Source of the DNA: Chiloscyllium plagiosum | Lineage: Eukaryota | Length of the DNA stretch: 64,000 nt | Assembly: GCF_004010195.1 (NCBI RefSeq) | Contig: NC_057728.1 | Location: 28,077,307-28,141,306 of the forward strand | Direction of reading: 5' to 3' | In this document: piece by piece, positions 39,485 to 50,389 of the stretch | How positions within the stretch are numbered: position 1 is the first letter of the stretch | How the letters are laid out: the number at the start of each line of letters is the position of its first letter | Notes under the pieces: model-generated | What the model was told of the DNA's origin: nothing | What the model saw: only the letters and a program-made list of their open reading frames with translations | Databases searched by the model: none | Translations under genes and position numbers: made by a program

Positions 39485-41203
39485 GTAAGACTTTTTTTAT
39501 TTCTTTAAACTGTAGCTTTATCTTTTAATAAAAAATTCTTTCTGAATCTAATTTCATTTTTCCCTCTCTGTCTTTTCCCATTTCTCTCAAGTTTACTAAT
39601 CTCTTTTCTTTAAATTACTTGTTTCGTATTAATTGTTTTATTTTCAACATTTCCTCCTGGATAATTAACATGTGCATTTCTCAAGTTCCTGATTCCTTCT
39701 GTGTGAACCAATGCAATTTTCTGGCTGTCATTTCAATTTTCATGTAAGAAGCAATGCATATGTATCTATCTCAGATATCATATTATCCATACCACAAAAC
39801 CTGATTTTTTTCTCCCGCATGTGGAGCATATTAGTCCTCATCATAAAGCATTGAAGTGATTTAGATAACCTCTAACCAGCTCCGTATGCATAGCACATCT
39901 CCTTTTTCAACAGAAAGATTCTCACTTAACCCATAGTATGTCTTGTTTTAGCTGATATCAACGTGTGTATTCACAGATTTTTAATGTATTGGCCCCAGAC
40001 TTGACAGGGGAAAGGTATTCCCATCCCAGTAATTATTTAGTGCCCTCTACTGGCAAATGCACAGAGAAGAAAAACTGAGATCTGTCTGTAATAAATGGTT
40101 CAAATTTTCTTTGATAACCTCACACATGAATAATGGTTCATTTGATGAGCTCCAGAATTTTCTTATTGAACTGTGCCCCACATTATTGGTGAAACAAATT
40201 TAACATGAGCTGCTGATATACTTAGTAATCTCTTTATATAAAAAAAATTGTTATTGGAAGAACCTTATCCTTTTCTGGCTAGAACATTCAAGCAGATTGT
40301 CCAATTCTCAGCACTTCATTATGAGATTCAAAATGAAGAAAATATTGGTGCAATAACCATAGTCTGCCTACAGATGGTCTGAACATATTTAGTAGACGTT
40401 ATCAAATTTCTTGTAAAATTAAATGACAGGACATTTGTTCCATTAAATTTTCACAGTGTCTTGGAACCTTTGATTGACTTTGTAATAACTTTTAGTGCAC
40501 TTGTAACCTTGCAACTAATTTAGACTAATGGACTTGTTAAAAACTTCTAAGGGCAGAAACTTCCAGGCCCCTAAGTGGGCAATGGCCAATCTCAGGGAAT
40601 GCTTCCTAGAGCAGCAACAACCTGAATCCTTAATCCATGAGGTTTAACATTGGACACCCACCAGCCTCACCACATTATCATGACATACTTCTGATTCACT
40701 TATAGTTTATCACTTCACTTAAATTTGGAGCATGCCAATATCCCTTCTATTGTAGTGCTGCTGCAAGACCACTTTGTGTGCAGGGATGGACAGCCATCTC
40801 ATGCATCAGAACAGGGTGCACCTCAGGGCTCTTTGTTTGCTCTCTTAATGCTCACTCACTTTTTATTTTCTTGGATGCTCACTGCATCTCTGCTTTGGCT
40901 TGTCCTTTTGTTACATTGCTACCTCATTCAGAACTCACAGCTTTACAGTACTTTGTCATGCCTTCTAGTGCAGAAACAAAGCCATGCAGTTTGTCATTGC
41001 TATCAGAAGTGATCAGCCATGGGGGCAAGAATGTTGCTTTATGTCATTGTGCTACATCAATGACACGGCAACAGCATGTACTTCACACATCTGGCTAGGT
41101 CTTAAAGACAAGGGGAGCAGTCCTCAGTCAAATCAAGGGGTTTGCTTGGCACAGTCAGTCAAGGACAATGCTCAATTTCAGTCCAGAGACTTAACTTGGA
41201 CAT

Positions 41204-41327
41204 CATGGTTGAGAGTGTGATGCTGGAAAAGTACAGCAGGCTAGGAAGCATCCAGGGAGCAGGAGAATCAACGTTTCGGGCATAAGCTCTTCATCTCATC
41301 TCTGATCTCTCACATAATTTTCTCCTG
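41204..41327 (-). mobile_element. Family B short element with 14-bp TSD, hammerhead core damaged
   Basis: TSD CTTAACTTGGACAT at 41190-41203 and 41328-41341; - strand reads agatga-agagcttatgccc-gaaacgtt-gattctcc. Confidence 0.8.
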
Positions 41328-43278
41328 CTTAACTTGGACATGGTCAGTTAGCAGCTTGGAGCAGTCAGAGTGAAAAATGACTCTGGCAAGTGGGTCATAG
41401 TCTGTCCTGCAAGTCTGGTGTCACCAGTCAGAAGTTTAGCAGTAAGTCAGTCAGGGAACTGCAAGAGATCAGTCATGGATATAGTCACTCATCAGCCTGG
41501 GCTGGTCTTCTAAATGGATCAAGGGAGTTAAACTATGGTCAGTCCTGGTGGTCAGTTCACTAAAGTTAAGTTGGGTTCTCAGAGGCCTATTTTAGTGGGC
41601 AAGTTGAGAAAGTCTGTTGTGGGGATTGGAGGTAGCATGCTGGGGGATGCAATAATTGTGAGGGATTAGGAAGCCAAAATATAAGGGCAGGAAATGATAG
41701 TACATTGGAAGATTTGGGTTACTGCAAAAACAAAAGGGTTATTGATGGCCACCATTATCCTTTCTTTAAAAGGGAGATAGTGCATCATGATGGTTGGCAT
41801 GGCTGAGTTGTCAGTCTAGAGCTCAGGGGTAAGGTTAGGAGGCGAAGACTTAAATGAAAGTGTTGGGTAAGAATGTGTGGAATATCAGAACTGTTGGCGT
41901 TGACAGGGAGTGCAAGGACAAAAGAAACATGAAGGTATGGAGGGCCCCTAGGTTACCAGGCAGAGCCTGCCACTCACTCTGTGAAGCGGGACCTGTTTTC
42001 CCTCCCACTTTCATCCAAATTGATGATACACAGTGGAATTGAAAAATGGCTGCCACCTCACCTGGATTGAGCAGACTAAGTGTTTTCTTCTGTAGGAGGA
42101 TGTAGGTTCTACTGTGAGATGTGAGGCCGTCAAAGGGCAATTGCATTAATCAATCACTTATACAGCACAGGTTGAATACATTTTTAGTCATAGAATTCCG
42201 TATACAAAACACCTGCATGGTAAACTATGCAGAATACAAATTCTGGCCCCATGTAATCTTGACAATTACATTTGTCAATAGAAATTGATCATATTCATCT
42301 CTGTAAAGCAGAATTAGTCACAGGCAATTTTAAAAATATTACCTGTGAACCACAATTCACAAAGGCTATCCAACATCTCAAAGGCTGCACAAGGGCACAG
42401 CCTGATTTCCTGTCACTTCACCTGCAAGTATTTGACAACATGCTCTTATATGTCATGCTACCTTTTTGGGTGATGTGGGGGATGGGGTACAATGGAACAA
42501 TGATATCAAAGGCCCGAATACAGACATCCCCAACCCCCATATCGAGGACTATGCTGAACTGTCATTTGTGTGTGACACAAATGATGACAGTTCACTTTAT
42601 GAAGAAGCTGTTTTGTTTCTGAGATTGAAAGGGTCACTCAGAGCATCCCCTGTGGATCAATTTAAAGCAGGGCTTATCATCACTGTGGCTACAATGCCAC
42701 CAAGGCACAGAAGATTTGAGGAGGAACAAATATGCCACTAACCTCAGACCAGGTGCAACCTCGAGCTGCTTCCAAATAGCTTCCTTAAGAAAGAGTTGCA
42801 GATGAGTGCCCTCTCCAGATATGGAGGTATAGAAGGACCAGAATCCATCATTCTAAAGGCAATTTCCTCCAGTTGACGAGACACATTACTGTGCAGACTG
42901 AGGATATCATGGAACACTGTCACAGAACTGAAGTAGAAATTGTGGACTGAATGGATGGGCTGCCATCCTGTCCCAGTGGCTATCAAGGTGACAGCTGCCC
43001 TACATTTTTATGCAACTGGGACCCAATGCAGAATCTATTTATTCTCAACCCAGAAAAATATCAAAACTGTTGGTGAAAAAATTTGTGCCAGATAACAATG
43101 CTTCATTTCATTTCCTGTAATAAGGTCAGAGCTGCAGCCTAAGCTGTAGGCTTTGTCAATTTAGCTGACTTCCCTCAGGTGCAGGATATAATGAATTGTG
43201 TACATGTATCATTGAGAGTGCTATATCATAACAGACTTCATCAATAGAAAAGACTTCTATTCAGTAAATGCACAAGTC

Positions 43279-43782
43279 ATTAGACCATACGAAATAGAAA
43301 CAGGAATAGGCAATTTGGCTCCTAGTCAAGAGTGTGGTGCTGGAAAAGCACAGCAGGTCAGGTAGCATCCCAGGAGAAGAGAATCAACTGATGAAGCCCT
43401 GATAAAGGGCTTATGCCTGAAATGTCGATTCTCCTGCTCCTCGGATGCTGCCTGACCTGCTGTGCTTTTGCAGCATCACACTCCCGACTCTGATCTCCAG
43501 CATCTGCAGTCTTCACTTTCTCCCAATTTGGCTCCTCGAGTCTGCTCCAGCATATTTTTCCACATTATACTCTGTTTGCCAACTTTTCGCCAACTTTCTT
43601 AACCTATCAATATCTCAATGTAAAAACTGTTTGCTACCCTCTTGCAACTTGCTTTTCCACCTATTTTTGTGGCATCTGCAAATTTGGCTACAGAACATTA
43701 GCTTACTTATTCCAAGTCATTGATATATGTTGTAAACAGTTGCAATCCCAGCACTGATCCCTGTGGGTCATCTATAATCACT
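43279..43782 (-). mobile_element. Old, internally deleted CR1 inserted in the Harbinger transposase
   Basis: Tail tagaccatacgaaatagaaacaggaatagg; reverse complement of PQGSVLG and KFADATK at ~43665-43765. Confidence 0.7.
43324..43523. mobile_element. Palindromic family B element with 13-bp TSD and hammerhead motif
   Basis: TSD CAATTTGGCTCCT at 43311-43323 and 43524-43536; arms tgctggaaaagcacagcaggtcagg and cctgacctgctgtgcttttgcagca; centre ctgatgaagccctgataaagggcttatgcctgaaatgtcgattctc. Confidence 0.85.
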
Positions 43783-43907
43783 GGTACTGCATCTGAGAGG
43801 CCTGTGCCAAATATCCTGAAAATTGCCTTAATACTTATATCCTTGATAGCTTTCATGTTCCCTTTTCATTTCAAGAGCTGGATGTTGGCAAGAATAGTTA
43901 CTCAGAG

Positions 43908-45131
43908 ACTCCATGGGAGACTGATTAGCAAGGTTAGATCTCACGGAATACAGGGGGAACTAGCCATTTGGATACAGAACTGGCTCAAAGGTAGAAGACA
44001 GAGGGTGGTGGTGGAGGGCTATTTTTGGACTGGAGGCCTGTGACCAGTGGAGTGCCACAAGGATCGGTGCTGGGTCCTCTACTTTTTCTCATTTACATAA
44101 ATGATTTGGATGTGAGCATAAGAGGTACAGTTAGTAAGTTTGCAGATGACACCAAAATTGGAGGTGTAGGGGACAGCGAAAAGTGTTACCTCAGATGACA
44201 ACAGGATCTTGACCAGATGGGCCAATGGGCTGAGAAATGGCAGATGGAGTTGAATTTGAATTGGCCATGCTAAATTGCTCGTAGTGTTAGGTAAGGGGTA
44301 AATGTAGGGGTATGGGTGGGTTGCGCTTCAGCGGGTCGGTGTGGACTTGTTGGGCCGAAGGGCCTGTTTCCACACTGTAATGTAATCTAAAAAATCTAAT
44401 CTAATCTAGCGAGTGTTGCTGAACAAAGAGACCTTGGAATGTAGGTTCATATCTCCTTGAAAATGGAGTCGCAGGTAGATAGGATAGTGAAGAAGGTGTT
44501 TGGTATGTTTTCCTTTATTGGTCAGAGTATTGAGTACAGGAGTTGGGAGGTCACGTGTGGCTGTACAGGAGATTGGTTAGGTCACTGTTGGAACATTGTG
44601 TGCAGTTCTGGTCTCCTTCTTATCGGAAATATGTTGTGAAATTGAAAGGGTTCAAAAAAAATTTCCAAGGATGTTGCCAGGGTTGGAGGATTTGAGCTGT
44701 AGCGAGAGGCTGAACAGGCTGGGGCTTTTTTCCCTGGACCGTCGGAGGCTGAGGGGTGACCTTATAGAGGTTTACAAAATCATGAGGGGTATGGATAGGA
44801 TAAATAGACAAAGTCTTTTCCCTGAGGTCAGGGAGTCCAGAACTAGAGGTCATTGGTTTAGGGTGAGAGGGGAAAGATATAAAAGAGACCTAAGGGGCAA
44901 CCTTTTCACACAGAGGATGTTACGTATATGGAATGAACTGCCAGAGGAAGTGGTGGAGGCTGGTTCAATTGCAACATTTAAGAGGCATTTGGATGGGTAT
45001 ATGAATAGGTAGGGTTTGGAGGGATATGTGCTGGGTGCTGGCAGATAGGACTAGATTGGGTTGAATATCTGGTTGGCATGGACGGGTTGGACTGAAGTGT
45101 CTGTTTCCATGCTGTATATCTCTATGACTCT
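43908..45131 (+). mobile_element. CR1 LINE, 5'-truncated, inserted in the Harbinger transposase
   Basis: HGRLISKVRSHGIQGELAIWIQNWL, FADDTK, LFSLDRRRLRGDLIEVYKIMRG, tail ctctatgactct. Confidence 0.92.
44257..44408 (+). mobile_element. 3' half of an HE1-type SINE inserted in CR1
   Basis: tgaattggccatgctaaattg...gggccgaagggcctgtttccacactg followed by (TAATC)n. Confidence 0.85.
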
Positions 45132-45869
45132 AGTCTACCCGGTGCAACATGACTGATGACTGTTACAGAAGACTTTTAATGAGGTTGTGTATAGATCAAA
45201 TTCAGCCTATTCTTCCACCAGAGCCAACATAGAGCAGGCGGTAAGCCTGCTAAAGATTAAGTTCTGATGCTGGATTACTGGGGCATCTTGTATCTTTAAG
45301 ATATAGTGTGCTGCATAATCGTAGCATGCTATGATCTGCACAGCTCCAGTGAAGAGGTGGTGTGCTGAATGCTGAAGAGCTGGAAGATCAGCAGTCTTCT
45401 AAAGAAGAAGATAAGAACTTTGAGTTGGAGGAACATAATCTGCAGCATGATCGAGCTGTATAGAATCATGTATAGAACAAACCAGATAGGACTTGATTGG
45501 TAACTGCTTCCAATAGATTTGATCAGGGTACAGTGAAAATTCCTTAGTTAAAAAATTGTTGTTGTGTTCAAAAGGCAAGCAGTCCCTTTATGTTCCTAAA
45601 AGAAAACGTGCCTTTTGTTCATCACTTTGGTTGTTGTTCAATAAAAGTTAATATTTTCACCTGTTTGAAGGCTTTCTCACATGTGATGATCTGTCAGTGA
45701 CATGATGTTATGCTACACTGCGTATTCAGGGAAGTGTAGGACGCCTTTAAACAGAGTTCTAACTTGGGATGGTGTTCAGGATGGGTAGCCCCTGTAGCAT
45801 CATTCTTGAAGCTGCAGTTACAATATAATGAAAGTCAGTCAGACCGGTGAAAGTATGAAGAGGCAATAT

Positions 45870-46020
45870 ATTTATGATCGTGAACTTCTATTTGCATTGA
45901 TGCTTTTCCTTTTCACTTCCCTCCCACTGTTGACCTTATGCACAGCCAGGCTTTTAATGAAGTGCCAGTGGTACAAGTCTCAGGAGACCCCAGCAGCAGT
46001 GAGTACATGATGCCATAGAA
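45870..46020 (-). pseudogene. Myb/SANT-like second ORF of the Harbinger element, remnant
   Basis: Frameshifted KAWL..VNSGREVKR..QCK*KF, resembling the trihelix motif W...VN....R...QC.KKF; convergent with the transposase. Confidence 0.5.
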
Positions 46021-46394
46021 TCATGGTACATGCATAATGAGGTGACTACCAAAACGTTGTGTGAGATACCATCCTGGAACTCACAAACAGAAACCCTCCA
46101 TCAAACTCCAAAAAAATTGACACTTAGTCAATTTTTGATAAAATTCAGCCCTCAAGTCACTTATGGTCAGTGCTTCATACAAAAATCCATTGTTGCAATA
46201 CTTTCACTCTACTTGTGCACACACCAAATAAAGAATATTGCTCAGACATTCCTAAAGATCTTGCACATCCCAGTGCATGTTGTTCTCACAACACAAGTAC
46301 CAATCCGGGGTCTTACTTTAAAAAAATTTAACAACATAAAAGCTATTTACCCTAAAATGTCTGTGAACTGCAGTGTACATATAATAGAGCTTTA

Positions 46395-47140
46395 AGATGA
46401 TAAGAAATAGGAACAGGAGTAGGCTGTTCAGCCCCTTAAGTCTGCTGTGCCAATCAATAAGATAATGGCTGATCCAACATGCCTCATGTCCACTTGATTT
46501 CCCGACTGATCAAAAACCTATTTACCTCAGCCTTAAATATATAAAAGAACTCTGTCCCCACAGCTCTCTGTGGTAAGGAATTCCAAATACTCAGAGCCAC
46601 TGTGAGAAGAAATTCCTCCTCATTTTGGTCTTAAATTGGCAACCCTTTATTTTGAAACTATGGCCTCTGGTTCCAGACTCTGCCATGAGGGGTAACATCA
46701 TCTCAATGCTTACTCTGTCAAGCCTCTTCAGAATCCGATATGTGCCAATGAGATTGTCTCTCATTCTTCTAAACTCCAGTGAGTAGAGTCCCAATTTGTT
46801 TAACCAGCACCTTATACAGTTGCAGTAAGACTTCCTTACACTTATACAAAACACCCCTTGAAGTAAGATGCAACATTCCACTAGTCTTCCTGATTACCTG
46901 CTCTGTGTGCTAGCTTTCTGTGTTTTATGTACACGTACTCCCACAAGTCCATTTGTTTTGTGGCTTTGTGCAGTTTTTCTCCATTTAAATTGTTCTCTCT
47001 TCCAAAATGACAACTTCACATTTTCCTACATTATACTCCATTTGCTAGCTTTTTGCCCACTTAATTAACCTATCAATATCTCTCTGTAAACTGTTTGCAT
47101 TGGTGTCATCTACAAATATGGCTACAGTACAGTCACTTCT
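46395..47140 (-). mobile_element. Old CR1 3' fragment with deletions
   Basis: LGLYSLEFRRMRDNLIGTYRIL...TRGHSFKIKG...MRRNFFSQ. Confidence 0.8.
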
Positions 47141-47224
47141 GTAGTGGTAATGCATATATCCAATCACAGCCTGTACATCATACTGTTGTCTTAATGTTAT
47201 CTACTCTGAATCATTTGTTAAAGT

Positions 47225-47692
47225 AAAGAAAGAATGTTCATACAGGGCTTCATCATGACCTCAAAGTCTCAGCATGTTTCATAACTAATTATGTATTTTT
47301 CAAATATATTATCATGCAGAAAATTGCTTGAGCATGGCCTCAGAAATAGCAATGATAAAAATAAGATCCATCTTAATTGTGTTTGATTTAGTGTAAATGT
47401 TGACAAAAAACACTGGAAGATTGACCCTGTCCTTCTTTGATTATTTGGTCGGATCTTTCCCTTCATGCTACATAACAAATCCAGCCTTCATGTAGAGTTT
47501 TGTCAGAAAGATAGTATGTCCGGTGTTGGACTGCCAGTAAAGTTCCTTCTAACCTGCATATTCCTTGCAGAAGTAGAAAAAATTAGAGGGAAGGCTGACT
47601 GTCAGTCAAAATTATATGCTCAGGAATGAAGGTTGAATCTATGATCCGTGAGTAGAGAGATCAGAAGGCTGTCACTAAACCAAGGATTACAC
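47225..47692 (-). mobile_element. Ancient tRNA-derived SINE, possibly Deu-domain (SacSINE1-like)
   Basis: Degenerate resemblance from memory to DeuSINE body (acactggaag...ccctgtccttctttg...ggatcttt...gaaaga) and tRNA head (gttgaatc...cactaaacca). Confidence 0.4.
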
Positions 47693-47792
47693 TATTTCAT
47701 TCAGTTGTCCCTCCAATGTAATATTTGGGTCTTGGGATGAAGATGATGTAATACTCTTAACTCCTAATATTGTTTTTGTGCATTCATTTTAG

Positions 47793-47960
47793 GGAGTATT
47801 TCTCTTCAGTGCTGTTGAAATGACACCACTGACACTTGGGAATTATGTCTACCCCAAGTGGGGACAAGGGATTGGCTGGTTCATGGCACTCTCCTCCATG
47901 GTATTTATCCCAGGATACATTGCCTACCTGTTTTGCATCACAAAAGGAACCTTCATACAG
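47793..47960 (+). CDS. slc6a1: SLC6A1-like exon (EL6, TM12)
   Basis: ttttAG / CAG|GTATGA; 168 nt; [56 protein letters not shown]. Confidence 0.95.
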
Positions 47961-48134
47961 GTATGAAATAAAAATCTGCAGTTCAGACTCTGAACATTGG
48001 ACTTTGCTTACTTTGCTTTGCTTCTCTCTTTATTACAGTAAGCTCAATTAATTCAATCAATTTGAGACCTGTATAAGAATCCTGATAAGTGGTGATGACC
48101 CATAGCTGTTGAAGGGATATGAGGGGATAACTAT

Positions 48135-48267
48135 ACACAACCATCTGATGAAGGAGCAGCGCTCTGAAAGTTAGTGCTTCCAACTAAACGTGTTGGACTA
48201 TAACCTGGTGTTGTAGGATTTTTAACTTTGTACATCCCAGTCCAACACTGGCACCTCCAAATCATAT
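48135..48267 (+). mobile_element. Family A Penelope-derived element, single arm, with hammerhead motif
   Basis: cat-CTGATGA-A-GGAGcagcgCTCT-GAAA-GTTA-gtg then tgttggactataacctggtgttg...ctccaaatcat, homologous to 20841-20968. Confidence 0.8.
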
Positions 48268-49622
48268 ATTATTCCTATCAGTTAATTATTTAGTTCTAGC
48301 TATCAATCCAGTTGTTTCTTTGTGTTTTTATATTAGTGTATAAATGATTGGAAGCTATGAGCCAATAACTTTCTGGACTGCAAATCATTTTTAACAGTAA
48401 ATAAAACAATGCTCCAAAAAGACATTCACTACACAAAAGAACTTATCTGTTCTTATTACATTCAGCGATGTATGTCAGTGTTTTGGCAATTTTAGTATTT
48501 TGTTAAAATGCTGAAACATATTTACATTTCTTTGCATGCTGGCCTCAGTATAATGCCAGTTTCTATGCAAAGCCTTAAGGAATTCATTAATGTTTATGTA
48601 GGCTCACTCTTTTACCTTGCATCTTTATTTGGAATGGAAACAATGGAAGTTCTGTGAGTAAAGAAGTTCTTAGTTCTGTCTGGCTTTTTTTGTAAAGTTT
48701 ACAGTTCATTACTGTCATAGTTTTTATTCTGATGCTTTATTAATATTTATTTTCTGAAAGAAAATCAGGAGACTTATTTGAACTCCTTAAGGTTAATTTT
48801 GTTCTAAAAGCATATCAAATACAATATTTCAATATACCAGCAAGACTTGCATATCTGACTGTCTTGGCACATCTACACACCAATGACTGTGGACAATTAT
48901 CTCCGGACATCAGAGCAGAATCTTCCCCTCTGCATATAGGACACCGGCAGCCATGAAGTCTGTACTAGTTTCCAGCCAAGTCACCATTACCCTTAACAGT
49001 TATAGTTTCAGCTTGTACCCAGTTGGTTTGAAACATTAGTGAATAAATTGCCCTAACATGTAACAATCAGGCAATTTCTGCATTGGTTAGTATGATGCTA
49101 TCACATCACTCAATCTCAAGTCTATCCTTGTGTTAAAGAGGTACAACAGCAGAGCCATCATGAAAGATGGGTATTGCAATATTTTCAAATGTGCACACCA
49201 CCTTCACATTGTTTCCTATTGGATAAAGGGTATGTATTTTAAACAGTTAGAGTTTCACCTTATGTCCGGACTTGATGTGGGCTGACTCTTTATTGAGAGG
49301 ATTTGTCTGACCTGAAGAGGAAGTGTCACTTCCCATTAAAATCTCAAAAGTAATGTCTGTAATTGTTAAAACCAAAGTTTATTTAATATATTTAATCAGT
49401 TTTGTATCAATTTATGTGAGAATAATACATCCTAATGATTTTGCTTTTATGAACATTGAGGATTAAGAATTGGCTTCATTACAACTGTTAATGAAAAACT
49501 TACTTGCTTTCAGAGTTTACAAGATTCTCTGGTTTAATGTGTTTCTTCTTTTCAAACAGTGTGTATTGATAAATTTTTATCTTTGACTTTTTTAACATCT
49601 TGTCTTTCTCTTGTTACTCTAG

Positions 49623-49727
49623 CGTTTGCAAACAATGACACAGCCCAGGCAAGGGGTCATATTTCACAACAATGGGCTAAAATCCAACTCGTCTCCAAAC
49701 AGTGGCTATGCTGAGGCTACCGTTTAG
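49623..49727 (+). CDS. slc6a1: SLC6A1-like terminal coding exon (C-terminal tail and stop)
   Basis: Long polypyrimidine tract then AG; 105 nt; RLQTMTQPRQGVIFHNNGLKSNSSPNSGYAEATV*; the start resembles GAT-1 RIQVMVQP. Confidence 0.88.
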   Translation, partial: RLQTMTQPRQGVIFHNNGLKSNSSPNSGYAEATV

Positions 49728-50389
49728 TTCTCTATATGTATAAAGGCAAAGCCTTTTTATAAACCCTTTTGGCTTGTTGCACAGTAATCCAGAAGTGTAA
49801 ATGGATGAAAAAATAGATTAGAGTTTATCTGTCTGAAACAGCTTCTTTTCAAGTTATGAAAGATATATTATCTATTTGATAAGTACTGTAAGATTAAACA
49901 CTAACATCACCTTTCACACAGTGTAATGTTGTCATGAAAGCCTTCCTCTTTCCTATTATTATCACGAATCTGCTCAACATTGTGAGATTCTGTATTCATC
50001 TCTCTCAGAAATGATTATAACGACCAAAGGATTTGAGGACGTTAGGAAATACCATTGTTTTGCCATAACTATCTTGTGATTTTCTAACTGATGTGTCTTT
50101 GCAGTAGCTTCTATTAACATTAGTTGGAGTTAACTGTTAACAGATTATTTGTGCCCATTTTAAGATCTAGAATTGTGTATCTCATCAGTAGCTCTTTATA
50201 TGGTGGGTCCAAATCCTCAATGTAATGTGTTGCCTGGTGCACTATTTTGAAGTTTACTTGATAAAACAAAATGCTGAAAACAATTATTCAGAAAATTTGC
50301 TTCTCTACTGACATACATGGCTGTTCCCTGTCATATGTTTTTGGCATAAACAGTTAGACTTTTATGTTATCACTTGTGCAAGGAAGTGT

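Larger units (their letters stand above)
42690..45520 (+). pseudogene. PIF/Harbinger DDE transposase remnant in three pieces (~42690-43278, ~43785-43905, ~45133-45520)
   Basis: HPVPVAIKVTAALHFYATG; GFVNLADFPQVQDIMNCVHVSLR; FINRKDFYSVNAQV; ACAKYPENCLNTYIL; TRANIEQAVSLLKIKF; VCCIIVACYDLH, colinear with HARBI1-type transposases. Confidence 0.82.

Noticed and set aside
40550-42250. Possible non-autonomous Harbinger bounded by gggcagaaactt...aattctggcccc
   Set aside because: The terminal match is too short and imperfect and I found no clear TSD
49893-49898. ATTAAA as the poly(A) signal of the transporter gene
   Set aside because: Plausible, but such hexamers are common in AT-rich DNA and the 3' UTR end cannot be set without transcript data
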